DNA of 64,000 nucleotides. Origin: Polyangia bacterium. GTDB lineage: Bacteria > Myxococcota_A > Polyangia > JAHFDS01 > DATFWX01. A program made the translations under genes and the position numbers. Of the stretch, positions 49,501-60,533 are shown piece after piece; position 1 is the first letter of the stretch, and every line of letters begins with the position of its first letter. Below the pieces are notes generated by a model. That model was not told the DNA's origin, ran no database searches, and was given only the letters and a program-made list of their open reading frames with translations. The stretch covers positions 17,497-81,496 of the forward strand of contig DATFWX010000130.1 in NCBI GenBank assembly GCA_035258845.1. Direction: 5' to 3'.

Positions 49501-51806
49501 TAGGATTTGACCGCGCGCTCGGGCCGGCCCAGCTTGTCGATGTAGATCTCGGCGATGCGGCCGAGCAGCCGGATGCGGCCCGGCGTGTCGGTCGAACGGT
49601 CGACCACTGCCAAAAGCGCCTCGGCCAGCTCCTCCCACTGCCCGGTTTCCGCGTACAGTCGCTCGAGCTGGGAGAAATCGCCCTGCTGCGCGAACAGCTC
49701 GCGCAGCGTGCGCTGGGCTTTGGCGTGCCCGGGCTGGAGCTGCAGGATCTCGCGATACACGTCGGCGGCCCGCGCCTGCGCGCCCAGCCGCTCGACCAGG
49801 AGAACGCCCGCGCGCTCGAGCATGGCAACCCGCGCCGCCGGCTCGCGCGCCGCCGCCGCCTGCCGCCTGAGCACCTCGCACAAGGCGGGCCAGCGCTTGT
49901 CGCGCTCGTAGAGCTGGGTCAGCGCAGCCAGGGCTTCCGGATCATGCTCGTCCAGCTCCAGGACCTGGTTCCACAGCCCCACCGCCTCGCGCGCGTCGCC
50001 CAGCCGCTCGGCGGCCAGGCGCGCCATCTGGGCCAGCCGCGCGCGCCGCTCGCTGCCGGCCAGACGCGGCAGCTCGCGCCGGTCCAGATCCAGGAGCGCC
50101 TTCCAGGAGCGCCGGCGCGCATAGATGTCGCGCAGGGACGTGATGGTTTGCGCGTCCTCGGGCTCGAGCACCAGGATCTCCTCGAGCGGCCGGACGGCCT
50201 GGTTGGCATTGGCGAACTTTTCCAGCCACAGCTGGGCCACCCGCCGCAGGAGCGCGACCTTGTGCGCGCGATCGCCGGCCGCGTCGGCGCGCTTCTGCAA
50301 AACCGCGATGAGATCGTTCCAGCGCCCGAGCGCCTCGTACTTGTCGGCCAGCGCGCCCAGCGCGCCCTCGTGATCGGGCCGCAGCGCCAGGATGTTCTGG
50401 TAGGTGCCGACCACCATCGCGTCCAGGCCCAGCTTGTCCCGGTAGATCTCGGCCACCTCGAGGTGCAGCGTGATCTTGGCGTCGACCTGGGCGGCCGGCA
50501 GGGCCTCGATCTCGTCCTTGAGCAGCTCGAGCAGCGCGTTCCACTTCTCGGTTTTGCGATAGAGCCGCCGCAGCGCCGCCGCCGCCTCCTCGTGCTTCGG
50601 ATCCATCCGCAGCACGACTTTCCATAGATCGATGGCTTTCTCGGTCGCGCCCGCCTCGTTTTCGGCCGCCCGCGCCATCTCCATGGCCAGCGCCAGGCGC
50701 CGCCCGGGATCCGATTCCACCTTGGCCGCCGCCTGCAGCACGGCCAAAAGCTTCTGCGCCTCGCCCCGCGCCCCAAAGAAGGCCCGGAAGAACTCGAGCG
50801 CGCTCTTGTGGGCCGGATCGGCTTTGCGCACGCGCCGGAAAAACGGCTCGGCGCTCTCCATATCCTGCAGCTTCCTCCAGTACAGCATGCCGATCTGCAG
50901 ATACAGGGCCAGCTCGTGCTCGCCGCGCGGACGCGCCTTGAGCGCGGTCTCGTACACCTTGACCAGAGCCGCCCAGTCGCCGGCCTCGGTGAGCTGGTCG
51001 ACCAGCACCCGCAGCGCGCGCGGGTTGGCCGGGTCGACGGTCAGAACCTTCTTCCAGGCCTCCAGCGTGCGCGCCTGCTCGACGCCGCGCCGCTCCGAGA
51101 GCTCGGCCAGCGCGACCAGGACCTGCGCCCGTTCATCCTTGGTCTGCGCCGACTCGGCGCGTGACTTGAGCAGCGCCTCCAGCTCGTCCCAGGCCGCGCG
51201 CGCGCGCAGCCGCCGCTCCAGGTGCGCGCTCGCCTTGCGGTTGCGCGCATCCAGCTCCAGGGCCTTGCGCAGAAGGCCCTCCCCTTCCAGGGCCTGGGGC
51301 GCATATTTCAGGTACAGCTCGGCCGCCGACAGATAGAGAGTGGTGGCGAGCTGGCGGTCCTGCGCGCCCTTGGCCTCGCCCAGGTACCGGGCCGCAATGG
51401 CCTCCCAGTTTTCGCGCAAAAGAGACAGATGCGACAGCACCTCCTGGGCGGCCGCGTCATCGGGCCGCAGCTCGAGCACCTTCTGGAAGCATCCGATGGC
51501 CTCCTGCTCGCGCAAAAGCTCGTCCGACAGCACCCGCCCCTTTTCGTAGAGAAGGTCGGCCCGCCGGGCCGTTTCGCCGGTCCAGCCCAGCTCCAGATCG
51601 AGCAGGCGCGCCACCAGCTCCCAGTCGGAGCGCTCGCGATGGACCCGCCGGGCGTTGCTCAAGGCCCGTCCTGCGGCCTCCAGAGAAAGCCCATTGTCTT
51701 CCTTGACCTTGGGGGCCAGCGCCTCCAGTGCCGCCAGGGCCCGCTCGTTATCCGGCTCGGTTTCCAGGATTGCTAGATAGCTCTGGAGCTCAGCCTTCAT
51801 GGCCAT
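40590..51806 (-). CDS. Giant TPR-like repeat protein (3738 aa, about 90 tandem 36-40-aa helical repeats; no signal peptide, no catalytic domain recognised)
   Basis: A continuous 11.2-kb ORF with a strongly periodic pattern (W..DL..LLE..A.L..D.....LL.R.A.I.E..LGD...A...Y..VLE.DP.H..AL.ALE.LY). The antisense ORFs of 1285 and 1407 aa were rejected. Confidence 0.85.
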   Translation of the reverse strand: MAMKAELQSYLAILETEPDNERALAALEALAPKVKEDNGLSLEAAGRALSNARRVHRERSDWELVARLLDLELGWTGETARRADLLYEKGRVLSDELLREQEAIGCFQKVLELRPDDAAAQEVLSHLSLLRENWEAIAARYLGEAKGAQDRQLATTLYLSAAELYLKYAPQALEGEGLLRKALELDARNRKASAHLERRLRARAAWDELEALLKSRAESAQTKDERAQVLVALAELSERRGVEQARTLEAWKKVLTVDPANPRALRVLVDQLTEAGDWAALVKVYETALKARPRGEHELALYLQIGMLYWRKLQDMESAEPFFRRVRKADPAHKSALEFFRAFFGARGEAQKLLAVLQAAAKVESDPGRRLALAMEMARAAENEAGATEKAIDLWKVVLRMDPKHEEAAAALRRLYRKTEKWNALLELLKDEIEALPAAQVDAKITLHLEVAEIYRDKLGLDAMVVGTYQNILALRPDHEGALGALADKYEALGRWNDLIAVLQKRADAAGDRAHKVALLRRVAQLWLEKFANANQAVRPLEEILVLEPEDAQTITSLRDIYARRRSWKALLDLDRRELPRLAGSERRARLAQMARLAAERLGDAREAVGLWNQVLELDEHDPEALAALTQLYERDKRWPALCEVLRRQAAAAREPAARVAMLERAGVLLVERLGAQARAADVYREILQLQPGHAKAQRTLRELFAQQGDFSQLERLYAETGQWEELAEALLAVVDRSTDTPGRIRLLGRIAEIYIDKLGRPERAVKSYERILALEPGNLSAARALVPIYQSTEKWARLLATYEILLGHEKGRPERLELLRDIRLLCEQKLGSKGLAFQWCSKAYELASDDPVVVKDLERLAEEAGAWDDLSALYARRAEGMSDPAEQVVVFRRLARIAREKTGRPVDARRYWEEVIARDGSDPEASAALEQIFTQQSAWPELCEIYRRRADAEREPQKQLELLTRIAFIEEERLGDLAAAAATYRKALLAARSAGAARETSKILSSLERIHTARQEWPEVIGVLEDKLALADADDTKAALWADQGKILEQQLGDRARALAAYKQALQVLPGHRSSALAIERLLDDKVHRAEAARLLLPLYEREADPQKLARALEILYAAAPEDGERLALSRRLASIYRKLGDGAKAYDHAARVLEKQPGEADLRRMLSQLAEALDRWDDLAARLEQAAGAVDPDTAREIFTEIADIYDSRLSRSDKAAEFYAKVAGTATGEAGERAFQSLARIYRQEEKWQDLRALLFERQQREADPGQRRQLLFDICDLDEGVLEDQEHAVEMYRHVLELDPGNARSFKALERVLALGEKWGQLDELLQNELPYARAPEEAAALRFKRAELHATKLQDLPGAVDLLEEVLAASPGHEGARKVLERLMGRAELRQRVAGVLEPLFEHDEAWAKLAVVLQVRREAANPVQARELTARIAELQEDKLAARQAAFLTWREGLRMDPADERARDNVQRLGKLLEKWNDVAQAWEESIGLAPPGDLALRAEYLERAARIYDEKLYDPARAQGAWRRLLDLDPKNHTTAQPAAAALAALYERAEAWTDLTDILLLQAGWADDAAARKDLLLRVAQIREQKLGDAAGAVATYREVLEQEADDASALDALERLYASGSSWRDQLGILKRRVDLSHEARERRDLYWRMAEIQERELGVAAEAIDSYLAILDELPDDLQALHALGRLYEAAGRWADLREVLIRELTLCEDQPARLALMHRLATLAEDKLGRLEVAVERWQDILAIEPADGKAIAGMERALADEALKLKAAEVLEPIYHARGDLAKQVALHELLAETVSDQEVKVQRLRAAAELKEKLGDSDGAFDTYARAAKGALAGGDLPVILDALERIAADRRRQAELVELYREVGSDVLDPEAQQRIYLAVADQARGKLGDVELAREYYQRVLNAAPDHPRALAALEALYLEAQDWEPLLEVYQKRADLSRDLDEKRDYLARAAALCQEKLEREGEAISLHEQILEIATSDREALAALESLYRGAKRWADLADLLERRLGFAEDLEEAVRLRFQLGELYERVLRDPDRAVENYRATLGGEPGHAGGIAALERYLEDPAQQGAAAEVLEPVYAARQDWPKLVRIYEIRLLAAEEPKLRMQLTRRIARLYEEQLEDLEQAFRWYGKVFRESPEDRGARDQLVRLSGILERWKDLAETYQSYLDDTLEPGPAWSAVCWTLAGLYDERLGDVERARQCYERLLEQSPGDATVVQALERSLQRAARWRDLLDLYEQLADKETEAGVRKELLVKSARVHEVELSDREQAISAWRRILEQDPEDAAAQSALDRLLSAENRWHDLVELLLQQLDRAEGAAYLALKLRLGGIFEQNLEDISSAIDAYEECLQRDPAHKESLAALERLSADKDHRFRIAQILEPIYRGGDQWAKLAAAYDAQLEFIEDSGRRVEILREIARLHEARGGDRKRAWDALARAFAEDPGAEGTLSELERLSAELDRFGDLVGVLEKAAEATYDPELAMQLHGRAAELYAERLRNLPAAIEAWRRVLAAKDDDVRALGALEKLLESERRWEELIDVMERRSDLSDDLVLRKTLLYRVAELEEKTLARPARAVEIWQRVLGIDDEDSRALEALASLHEAAGEWRQLALVLARKVELGVDAAAKRALLYKLARVYETQIEDRYEAIGCYKQARELDPEDLEALAALDRLYDAEKMWADLLEVLEARIAVATRPAEREELRFRAARVLEDDTGDVDAALARYKQVLETLPEHAGARDALFALTRAEGTREVAAAALEPYLRARKEWDRLAEVYELRLEAETDPARRRQLLADLAALHETGRGDLQAAFAAWGRTLAEDAGDADAQRELERLAAGRGAFADLAALYEDRLQSQYDAEIGRALALKLAAIYEDALGDAARAVEKLRTALEFPGEESGPLGALDRLLETLGRWDELAEVLEREAQASLDPGEQAGFLYRLGLMRVERLVDHEGAIAAWRQVLDREPGHDEAISGIAKYLDDVTYREEAIEVLEPVFETRADAKNVVRVLEVKLQLQDEPLERARQLERIAEIQEKQLQDPAAALDAYARALAEDPGELRYAEEVARLAAALGRHADAAARIEAVADAAQERSREAARDLGLSAGALWLDQAGDPARAEARYRKVLGLDPENSDALEALERIYRMRGDERALAQVLQKRADGELDLSKKRALLAEAAGLYEGRLRDRQAAVEVWRAALDADETDADACRELARLLEAAGEWAELAAVLERSARLADDPAQQAALLARAGAVFGERLSDADRAADMYRAALDARPGDAEVLAALEAVHTQRGDWLAVQEVLTQQLQAAGGPGEQLAIYGKLARLAEEKRESADEAIGFWTQALESQPESEPVLCELERLLTAGERWYELADVLAKHAELLAGRRDHAGEIEKLLALADLWERRIGNSDSAAEILEKVLARDPRSVAAITQLARIYETQGEWDKCAQALEQAAALGATGRPAAELHFRMGRVEAQRSGDPALAEEHWAQAIQYDPTHTEALDGLAERARERADWRRVVDLLKLREQAEPDPAKKRDLLVELGRLLRVQLGAPAAALPYLEQAARLAPEDARVVEPLADAYFSAGRVAEAGRLYTDLIERLKGKRSREAARWQFRLGAIAEQQGQEAQALEHLQAAFAIDPTHGATMAALGRLYIKQSEWEKARKVFRSMLLQNLDADSKMTKADVYLELGRIHARLGEGPKARNMYERGLELEPDHGPLKEALAELR

Positions 51807-51930
51807 CCCCTGTCAGGGTTTCTCAAGTGGCGAGACCCCTGATGATAGCTGAAGCGCTGCGCCGAGTTCAACGGCGGATTGACCCAAGACGCGCGGCGTG
51901 GCATCCAAAGACGGAGTGCCCGCCTCGCCC

Positions 51931-53688
51931 ATGCCCCGGATCGGCGCGTACCTTCGCCCGTACAAGCTGCTGCTGGCAGGCGGAACCGCGTGCCTGCTCC
52001 TGACCAACCTGGCCGCGGTCGGCGTGCCCTGGGCGCTCCAGCGCGGGATCGACGCGCTGCGCCAACCCAACGCGCTTGCGGACGCACGCACGGCCGCCCT
52101 CCTCATCGCCGCCTTTGCGCTCGCCCAGGCGGTCATTCGCATTGTTTCGCGCGTCACCGTGTTCAACGCCGGCCGCAACGTCGAGTACGACCTGCGCGGC
52201 CAGCTGCTCGACAAGCTGCTTTCCCTGCCCCCCTCGTACTACCGCACGCACCCGACCGGCGACCTCATGTCGCGCCTGACCAACGATCTGGCGGCGGTGC
52301 GCGTAATGTTCGGCTTCGGCATCCTCAACGTGGTCAATACGCTGTTCATCTACAGCCTGGTCCTGTGGCGGATGGTCGCGCTCGACGGGCGGCTCACGCT
52401 GCTTTCGCTTCTGCCCTATCCCACCTTGATTCTGGCCGGGCGCGCGTTCGGGCGCGTGATGTTTGCGCAGAGTCGCGCGGTCATGGAGCACCTGGGCACG
52501 ATGTCGACCGCGGCCCAGGAGGACTTTTCGGGCATCGCGATGATCAAGCACTACGCGCTCGAGGACGTGCGCGGCAAGAACTTCGAGCGCCTGTGCGCCC
52601 AGTTCGTGGCCAAGAACATGAAGCTCGTGCGCACGCGCGGCGTGATGTGGCCGATCATGGGCCTTTTGTCCGCGCTGGGCACGCTCATCGTGCTGTGGGC
52701 GGGCGGTCGCGCGGTCATTGTGGGCCGGCTGACCCTGGGCCAGTTCGCGGCCTTCAACATGTACCTGGTGCAGCTGGCCTGGCCGACCCTGGCCTTCGGC
52801 TTCATCATCACGGTGCTGCAGCGCGGTCTGGCGTCCTGGGAGCGGCTGCGCGAGATCCTGACTGCCGAGGTCACCCTGCACGACGGCACCGGCGACGGGA
52901 TTGCGCATGCAGACGTGCGCGGCGCCATGGAGACGCGCAACCTGACCCTCGAGCTGGGCGGCACCAAGGTTTTGGATGGGGTGTCGATCAAGGTGCCGGC
53001 CGGCTCCACGCTCGCCATCGTGGGCCGCACCGGTTGCGGTAAATCGACGCTGGCCGAGGCCCTGGCGCGTCTTACCGAGGTTCCCGACGGCACCGTGTTC
53101 CTGGACGGCCGCGACGTCAACACGCTGCCGCTCGACGCGGTGCGCGGGGCGGTCGGCTATGCGCCCCAGGAAGCCTTCCTGTTTTCGACCACCATTCGCG
53201 AGAACATCGAGCTCGGGCAGCGCTCGGCCGATGGGCAGCGCTGGGAGCTGGCGCAGCTCATCGGGGCGGCCGGCCTGACGCGCGACATCGCGGGCTTTCC
53301 GGCCGGAGTCGAGACCGTGGTGGGCGAGCGCGGCATCACGCTTTCGGGCGGACAGCGGCAGCGGGTCGCGCTGGCGCGCGCGCTCGCCACGGCCCCGCGC
53401 GTGCTCATCCTGGACGATTCGCTGTCCTCGGTCGATGCGGAGACCGAGCGGGAGATTCTGACCGGCCTGCGCCGCATGCTGGCCGGCCGCACGGCGGTCA
53501 TCATCTCGCACCGGGTGGCGGCGGTGCAGCACGCCGATCAGATCCTGGTGCTGGAAGAGGGCCGGATCGCCGAGCAGGGCCGCCACGCCGAGCTGGTGGC
53601 GCGTGGCGGCATCTACGCCGAGCTGTACCAGCGCCAGCTTCTGGCTGAAGAAATCGAGCAGGCCCCGGCGGTGGCGGTGCAACAGTGA
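51931..53688 (+). CDS. ABC exporter, fused permease/ATPase (heterodimer partner 1, MsbA/ABCB type)
   Basis: 6-TM domain plus NBD (Walker A GRTGCGKST, signature LSGGQRQR, Walker B LILDD). The alternative GTG start at 51898 adds 11 aa. Confidence 0.85.
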   Translation: MPRIGAYLRPYKLLLAGGTACLLLTNLAAVGVPWALQRGIDALRQPNALADARTAALLIAAFALAQAVIRIVSRVTVFNAGRNVEYDLRGQLLDKLLSLPPSYYRTHPTGDLMSRLTNDLAAVRVMFGFGILNVVNTLFIYSLVLWRMVALDGRLTLLSLLPYPTLILAGRAFGRVMFAQSRAVMEHLGTMSTAAQEDFSGIAMIKHYALEDVRGKNFERLCAQFVAKNMKLVRTRGVMWPIMGLLSALGTLIVLWAGGRAVIVGRLTLGQFAAFNMYLVQLAWPTLAFGFIITVLQRGLASWERLREILTAEVTLHDGTGDGIAHADVRGAMETRNLTLELGGTKVLDGVSIKVPAGSTLAIVGRTGCGKSTLAEALARLTEVPDGTVFLDGRDVNTLPLDAVRGAVGYAPQEAFLFSTTIRENIELGQRSADGQRWELAQLIGAAGLTRDIAGFPAGVETVVGERGITLSGGQRQRVALARALATAPRVLILDDSLSSVDAETEREILTGLRRMLAGRTAVIISHRVAAVQHADQILVLEEGRIAEQGRHAELVARGGIYAELYQRQLLAEEIEQAPAVAVQQ

Positions 53689-55487
53689 GCGAGCAAGAGG
53701 AAATCCTCGGCAAAGCCTACGACGCCCGCCTCCTGCGTCGGATCTGGGGCTACGTCAAGCGTTACCCGGGACTGTTCCTGGGCAGCCTGCTCCTTCTGCC
53801 CATCGTGATGGTGTTCGACCTCCTGCAGCCCAAGATCCTGCAGCTTGCGATCGACCGCGCGATTGCGACCGGCGACCTTCACAAGCTGCCGCTCCTGGCG
53901 CTGGCCTTCCTGGGCGCGCTCCTGGGCCAGCACACGGCCGGCTTCTTCCAGCTGTACTGCCTGCAGCTTCTGGGTCAGCAGACTACGAACGATCTGCGGC
54001 GCGACCTGTACCGGCACCTGCTGTCGCTGCGCATGGCTTTTTTCGATCACACCCCGGTGGGCCGGCTCATGACGCGGGTGTCGTCGGACGTCGAGGCCAT
54101 CAACGAGGCCTTCTCGGCCGGCCTGGTCACCATCGTGGCCGACTTCGTGCGCCTGGCCGCCATTCTGGTCATCCTGTTCCGCATCGACTTCAAGCTGACG
54201 CTGGTCGCGCTGGCCGCAGCGCCCGTGCTGCTGGCGGTGGCTGCCCTCGCGCGCCACTACGTGCGCGATGCGTTTCGGGAGCTGCGGGCCCGCCTGGCCG
54301 CGCTCAACACGTTTCTGCAAGAGCATGTGACCGGCATGAAGATCGTTCAGATGCTGGGCCGACAGCGCGACGTGGCGGCCCGCTTCGACGAGCGCAACCG
54401 CGGCTTCCGCGACGCCAACCTGCGCGCCATCAAGGCCGACTCGGTCTTGTTTGCGGTGGTCGAGATGGTGGGCTCGTTCGCGGTGGCGGCGCTGCTGCTG
54501 GGCGCGGCCGGTCGGATTGCCAGCGGCACCCTGACCGTGGGCGTTCTGGTCGCGTTCATCCAATACATCGACCGCTTCTTCATGCCGATCCGCGATCTGT
54601 CGACCAAGTACACCATCATGCAGTCGGCGATGGCAGCGGCCGAGCGCATCTTCGGTCTGCTCGACGTGAAGGAGCTGGACGCCCGGCGCGTGGAAGGCAT
54701 CGCGCCGGCGCCGGTGGCGCAGCCGGTCGCGGCGGTCGAGCTCGAGCACGTCCGCTTCGGCTACAAGCCCGACGAGCCCGTGCTGGTCGACGCCTCCATG
54801 CGGGTTGCAACCGGCGAAACCGTGGCCGTCATCGGCTCGACCGGAGCCGGCAAGTCGACCCTCATCAAGCTTCTGGCGCGCCTGTACGAGATCGACGGCG
54901 GGCGCATCCTGGTCGGGGGCGTGGACGTGCGCGCGCTCGAGCCCAACGATCTCCGGCGGCGCATCGTGGTAATCCCGCAGGATGTGTTCCTGTTTCAAGG
55001 CACGCTGGAGGAGAACCTTTCGCTGGGCCTGCCCGCGCAGGCGCGGCCGCGGCTCGAGGACGCGGTCCGGCGCATGGGCGCCGAGCGGCTGCTTCACCGC
55101 GCGGGCGGCTGGGCGCACAAGCTGTCCGAGCGCGGCGCCAACTTCTCGTCGGGCGAAAAGCAGTTGCTCGCGCTGGCGCGCGCGCTGGCGCGCGACCCCG
55201 AGATCCTGATCCTCGACGAGGCCACCGCCAGCGTGGATCCCGACACCGAGCGCCTGGTCGAGCGTGGCATCGAGGAGCTCTCGCGCGGCCGCACCAGCAT
55301 CGTGATTGCGCACCGGCTGTCGACCCTGACCCGGGCCGATCGGATCGTTGTGCTACACAAGGGTCGCGTGGCCGAGCAGGGCACGCACGCCGAGCTGATG
55401 TCACACCAGGGCCTGTACGCCAAGCTCTACAAGCTCCACGTGACGGCCGCTTCCGCCGCGGCGCCGGCCGCCCCCGCCCCCGCGTAA
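53685..55487 (+). CDS. ABC exporter, fused permease/ATPase (heterodimer partner 2)
   Basis: GTGA overlap with partner 1. Walker A GSTGAGKST, signature FSSGEKQL, Walker B ILILDE. Confidence 0.85.
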   Translation: MSEQEEILGKAYDARLLRRIWGYVKRYPGLFLGSLLLLPIVMVFDLLQPKILQLAIDRAIATGDLHKLPLLALAFLGALLGQHTAGFFQLYCLQLLGQQTTNDLRRDLYRHLLSLRMAFFDHTPVGRLMTRVSSDVEAINEAFSAGLVTIVADFVRLAAILVILFRIDFKLTLVALAAAPVLLAVAALARHYVRDAFRELRARLAALNTFLQEHVTGMKIVQMLGRQRDVAARFDERNRGFRDANLRAIKADSVLFAVVEMVGSFAVAALLLGAAGRIASGTLTVGVLVAFIQYIDRFFMPIRDLSTKYTIMQSAMAAAERIFGLLDVKELDARRVEGIAPAPVAQPVAAVELEHVRFGYKPDEPVLVDASMRVATGETVAVIGSTGAGKSTLIKLLARLYEIDGGRILVGGVDVRALEPNDLRRRIVVIPQDVFLFQGTLEENLSLGLPAQARPRLEDAVRRMGAERLLHRAGGWAHKLSERGANFSSGEKQLLALARALARDPEILILDEATASVDPDTERLVERGIEELSRGRTSIVIAHRLSTLTRADRIVVLHKGRVAEQGTHAELMSHQGLYAKLYKLHVTAASAAAPAAPAPA

Positions 55488-55540
55488 CCCAACTCGGGCG
55501 CGGCTCTGGCGCGGCCTCTCGCGTGCGCTAGACTGCTTGC

Positions 55541-56425
55541 GTGGCTCGGCTCTCCGAGAGGCTCCCGGTCAACGTGGACGGCGAATTCTTTGTCGACCAG
55601 AGCTGCATCGACTGCGAGACCTGCCGGCAGCTCGCACCGGCCTCGTTCGCGCGCTCGCCCGCGCACGGCCAGTCGTTCGTGTTCAGACAGCCGACCGGCG
55701 AAGCCGAGCACACCCTCGCGCTGGCGGCCCTGGTGGCCTGCCCGACCAGCTCCATCGGCACCGTGCACAAGCTCGACGTGACGCCGGGCGTGCGCGCCTT
55801 CCCGCAACCGATCGCCGACGGCGTCTACTACTGCGGGTTCGCGGCCGAGGCTTCCTTCGGCGCCTCCTGCTATCTCATCCGCCGGCCGGGCGGCAACGTG
55901 CTGGTCGACTCGCCGCGGGCCGCGCGCCCGCTCATGCGGCGGCTCGAGGAGCTGGGCGGCGTTTTAACCATGTTCCTCACCCACCGCGACGACGTGGCCG
56001 ATCACGCCGAGTTTCATAAGCGATTCGGCTGCGCGCGCATGCTGCATGAGGACGATGTCAGCGCGGCCACGCGCGGCCTCGAGCGGACCCCGGGCGGCAG
56101 CGAGCCGATCGCACTGGCCGATGATCTGCTGGTCATCCCGGTGCCCGGCCACACCCGCGGCTCCTGCGCCCTCCTGTATCGCGAGCGCTTTCTGTTCAGC
56201 GGCGACCATCTGTGGGGCGACGAGGATGACGGCCACCTGGCCGCCTCGCGCTCGGTGTGCTGGTACTCGTGGCGCGAGCAGGTGCGCTCGGTCGAAAAGC
56301 TGCTGGCGCATCGATTCGAGTGGGTGCTGCCCGGTCATGGGCGGCCCTTCAAGGCCGCCTCGCCGGCCGCCATGCGCGCCGAGCTTTCGCGGCTGCTCGA
56401 TCGGATGCGCGCCCGCTCATCCTGA
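55541..56425 (+). CDS. Ferredoxin (single [4Fe-4S]-type CxxCxxC...CP) fused to an MBL-fold hydrolase domain
   Basis: FVDQSCIDCETC...VACPTSSI ferredoxin module. MBL motifs LTHRDDVADH, PVPGHTRGS, FSGDHLW. The start may be GTG at 55541 or 55574. Confidence 0.7.
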   Translation: MARLSERLPVNVDGEFFVDQSCIDCETCRQLAPASFARSPAHGQSFVFRQPTGEAEHTLALAALVACPTSSIGTVHKLDVTPGVRAFPQPIADGVYYCGFAAEASFGASCYLIRRPGGNVLVDSPRAARPLMRRLEELGGVLTMFLTHRDDVADHAEFHKRFGCARMLHEDDVSAATRGLERTPGGSEPIALADDLLVIPVPGHTRGSCALLYRERFLFSGDHLWGDEDDGHLAASRSVCWYSWREQVRSVEKLLAHRFEWVLPGHGRPFKAASPAAMRAELSRLLDRMRARSS

Positions 56426-56499
56426 CGTGTGCGATAACTCCCACACACGACTTCGTTTGCTCGCTTACCAGTACGCGCGTTAAACTATGGACGGCGCCA

Positions 56500-59847
<3,348 letters not shown>

Positions 59848-59901
59848 GCGGCCGCCGCGCCCGGCGCTGACCGCCAGCTTGAATCGGGGCGCTGGCCGGC
59901 G

Positions 59902-60519
59902 CTACCGTGGCGGCAGGGTTTTCCGGGTCCCCCGCGGCAACAGAGTCTGCTGCACCTCGACCAGAAACGAGCACTCGGCGTCGCCGCGCCGCATGCAGGT
60001 TTCTTCGATGTGCCGCACCGGCGTCTGGTAGTGGGTGCCGGTGCCGTCGAGCAGACCGGCCAGCAGCGGACACAGGTTGCGCTGCGATCGATACGAGATG
60101 CGCAGCCGGCCCGCGCCCAGATCCTTGACCTTGAGCTGGGGCGGCGCCGCGCCCGGCATCATCTCGCGCACGCGCGAGTGGACCGTTTCCTCGAGCTGCA
60201 TCAGGAACCGGCGCGCGCCCTCGGGCGGGAAATAGGTCGGATGCAGCTCGTAGAAGGTCTGCAGCGCGTGCGCGCCAAACTCACGCAGGAGCTGCTCGGC
60301 CGGCTTGCGCGTCCGCGCAACGCCACCCTCGATCAGCTCGAAGAGGATCGGATCCGGATAGACCTGGCGCGCCTGGATGCGCTGGTGCTTTGCAAACACC
60401 TCGTCAGCTAGACTCTCGCCGAAGCGATCCGCCAGAAAGCGCCGGTATGCGACCAAAAGCAGCCCGTGCAAACCCACCCCCGACCAGAGCGCATCGTAGC
60501 ACAGCCGGACGCGATTCAC
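59902..60519 (-). CDS. H-NOX (haem nitric oxide/oxygen binding) domain protein
   Basis: Proximal His (ETVHSRV) lies 29 residues before the Y-x-S-x-R haem-propionate motif (ISYRSQR). YPD motif. C-terminal ETCMRRGDAECSFLVEV. GTG start 14 nt after the pfkA stop. The long Arg/Gly-rich upstream ORF extension was rejected. Confidence 0.7.
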   Translation of the reverse strand: MNRVRLCYDALWSGVGLHGLLLVAYRRFLADRFGESLADEVFAKHQRIQARQVYPDPILFELIEGGVARTRKPAEQLLREFGAHALQTFYELHPTYFPPEGARRFLMQLEETVHSRVREMMPGAAPPQLKVKDLGAGRLRISYRSQRNLCPLLAGLLDGTGTHYQTPVRHIEETCMRRGDAECSFLVEVQQTLLPRGTRKTLPPR

Positions 60520-60533
60520 CGAGCCGAAAAATG

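Noticed and set aside
42543-50627. Two very long plus-strand ORFs (1285 aa and 1407 aa) antisense to the giant TPR gene
   Set aside because: They lack periodicity and domains and are rich in R/G/L/A/Q. The minus-strand frame has a coherent roughly 90x repeat architecture with conserved positions. These are antisense shadow ORFs.
59848-59901. Possible bidirectional terminator between the convergent hybrid-kinase and H-NOX genes
   Set aside because: Only imperfect GC-rich near-palindromes (GCGCTGGCCGGCGC) with no U-tract, so the evidence is too weak to call.
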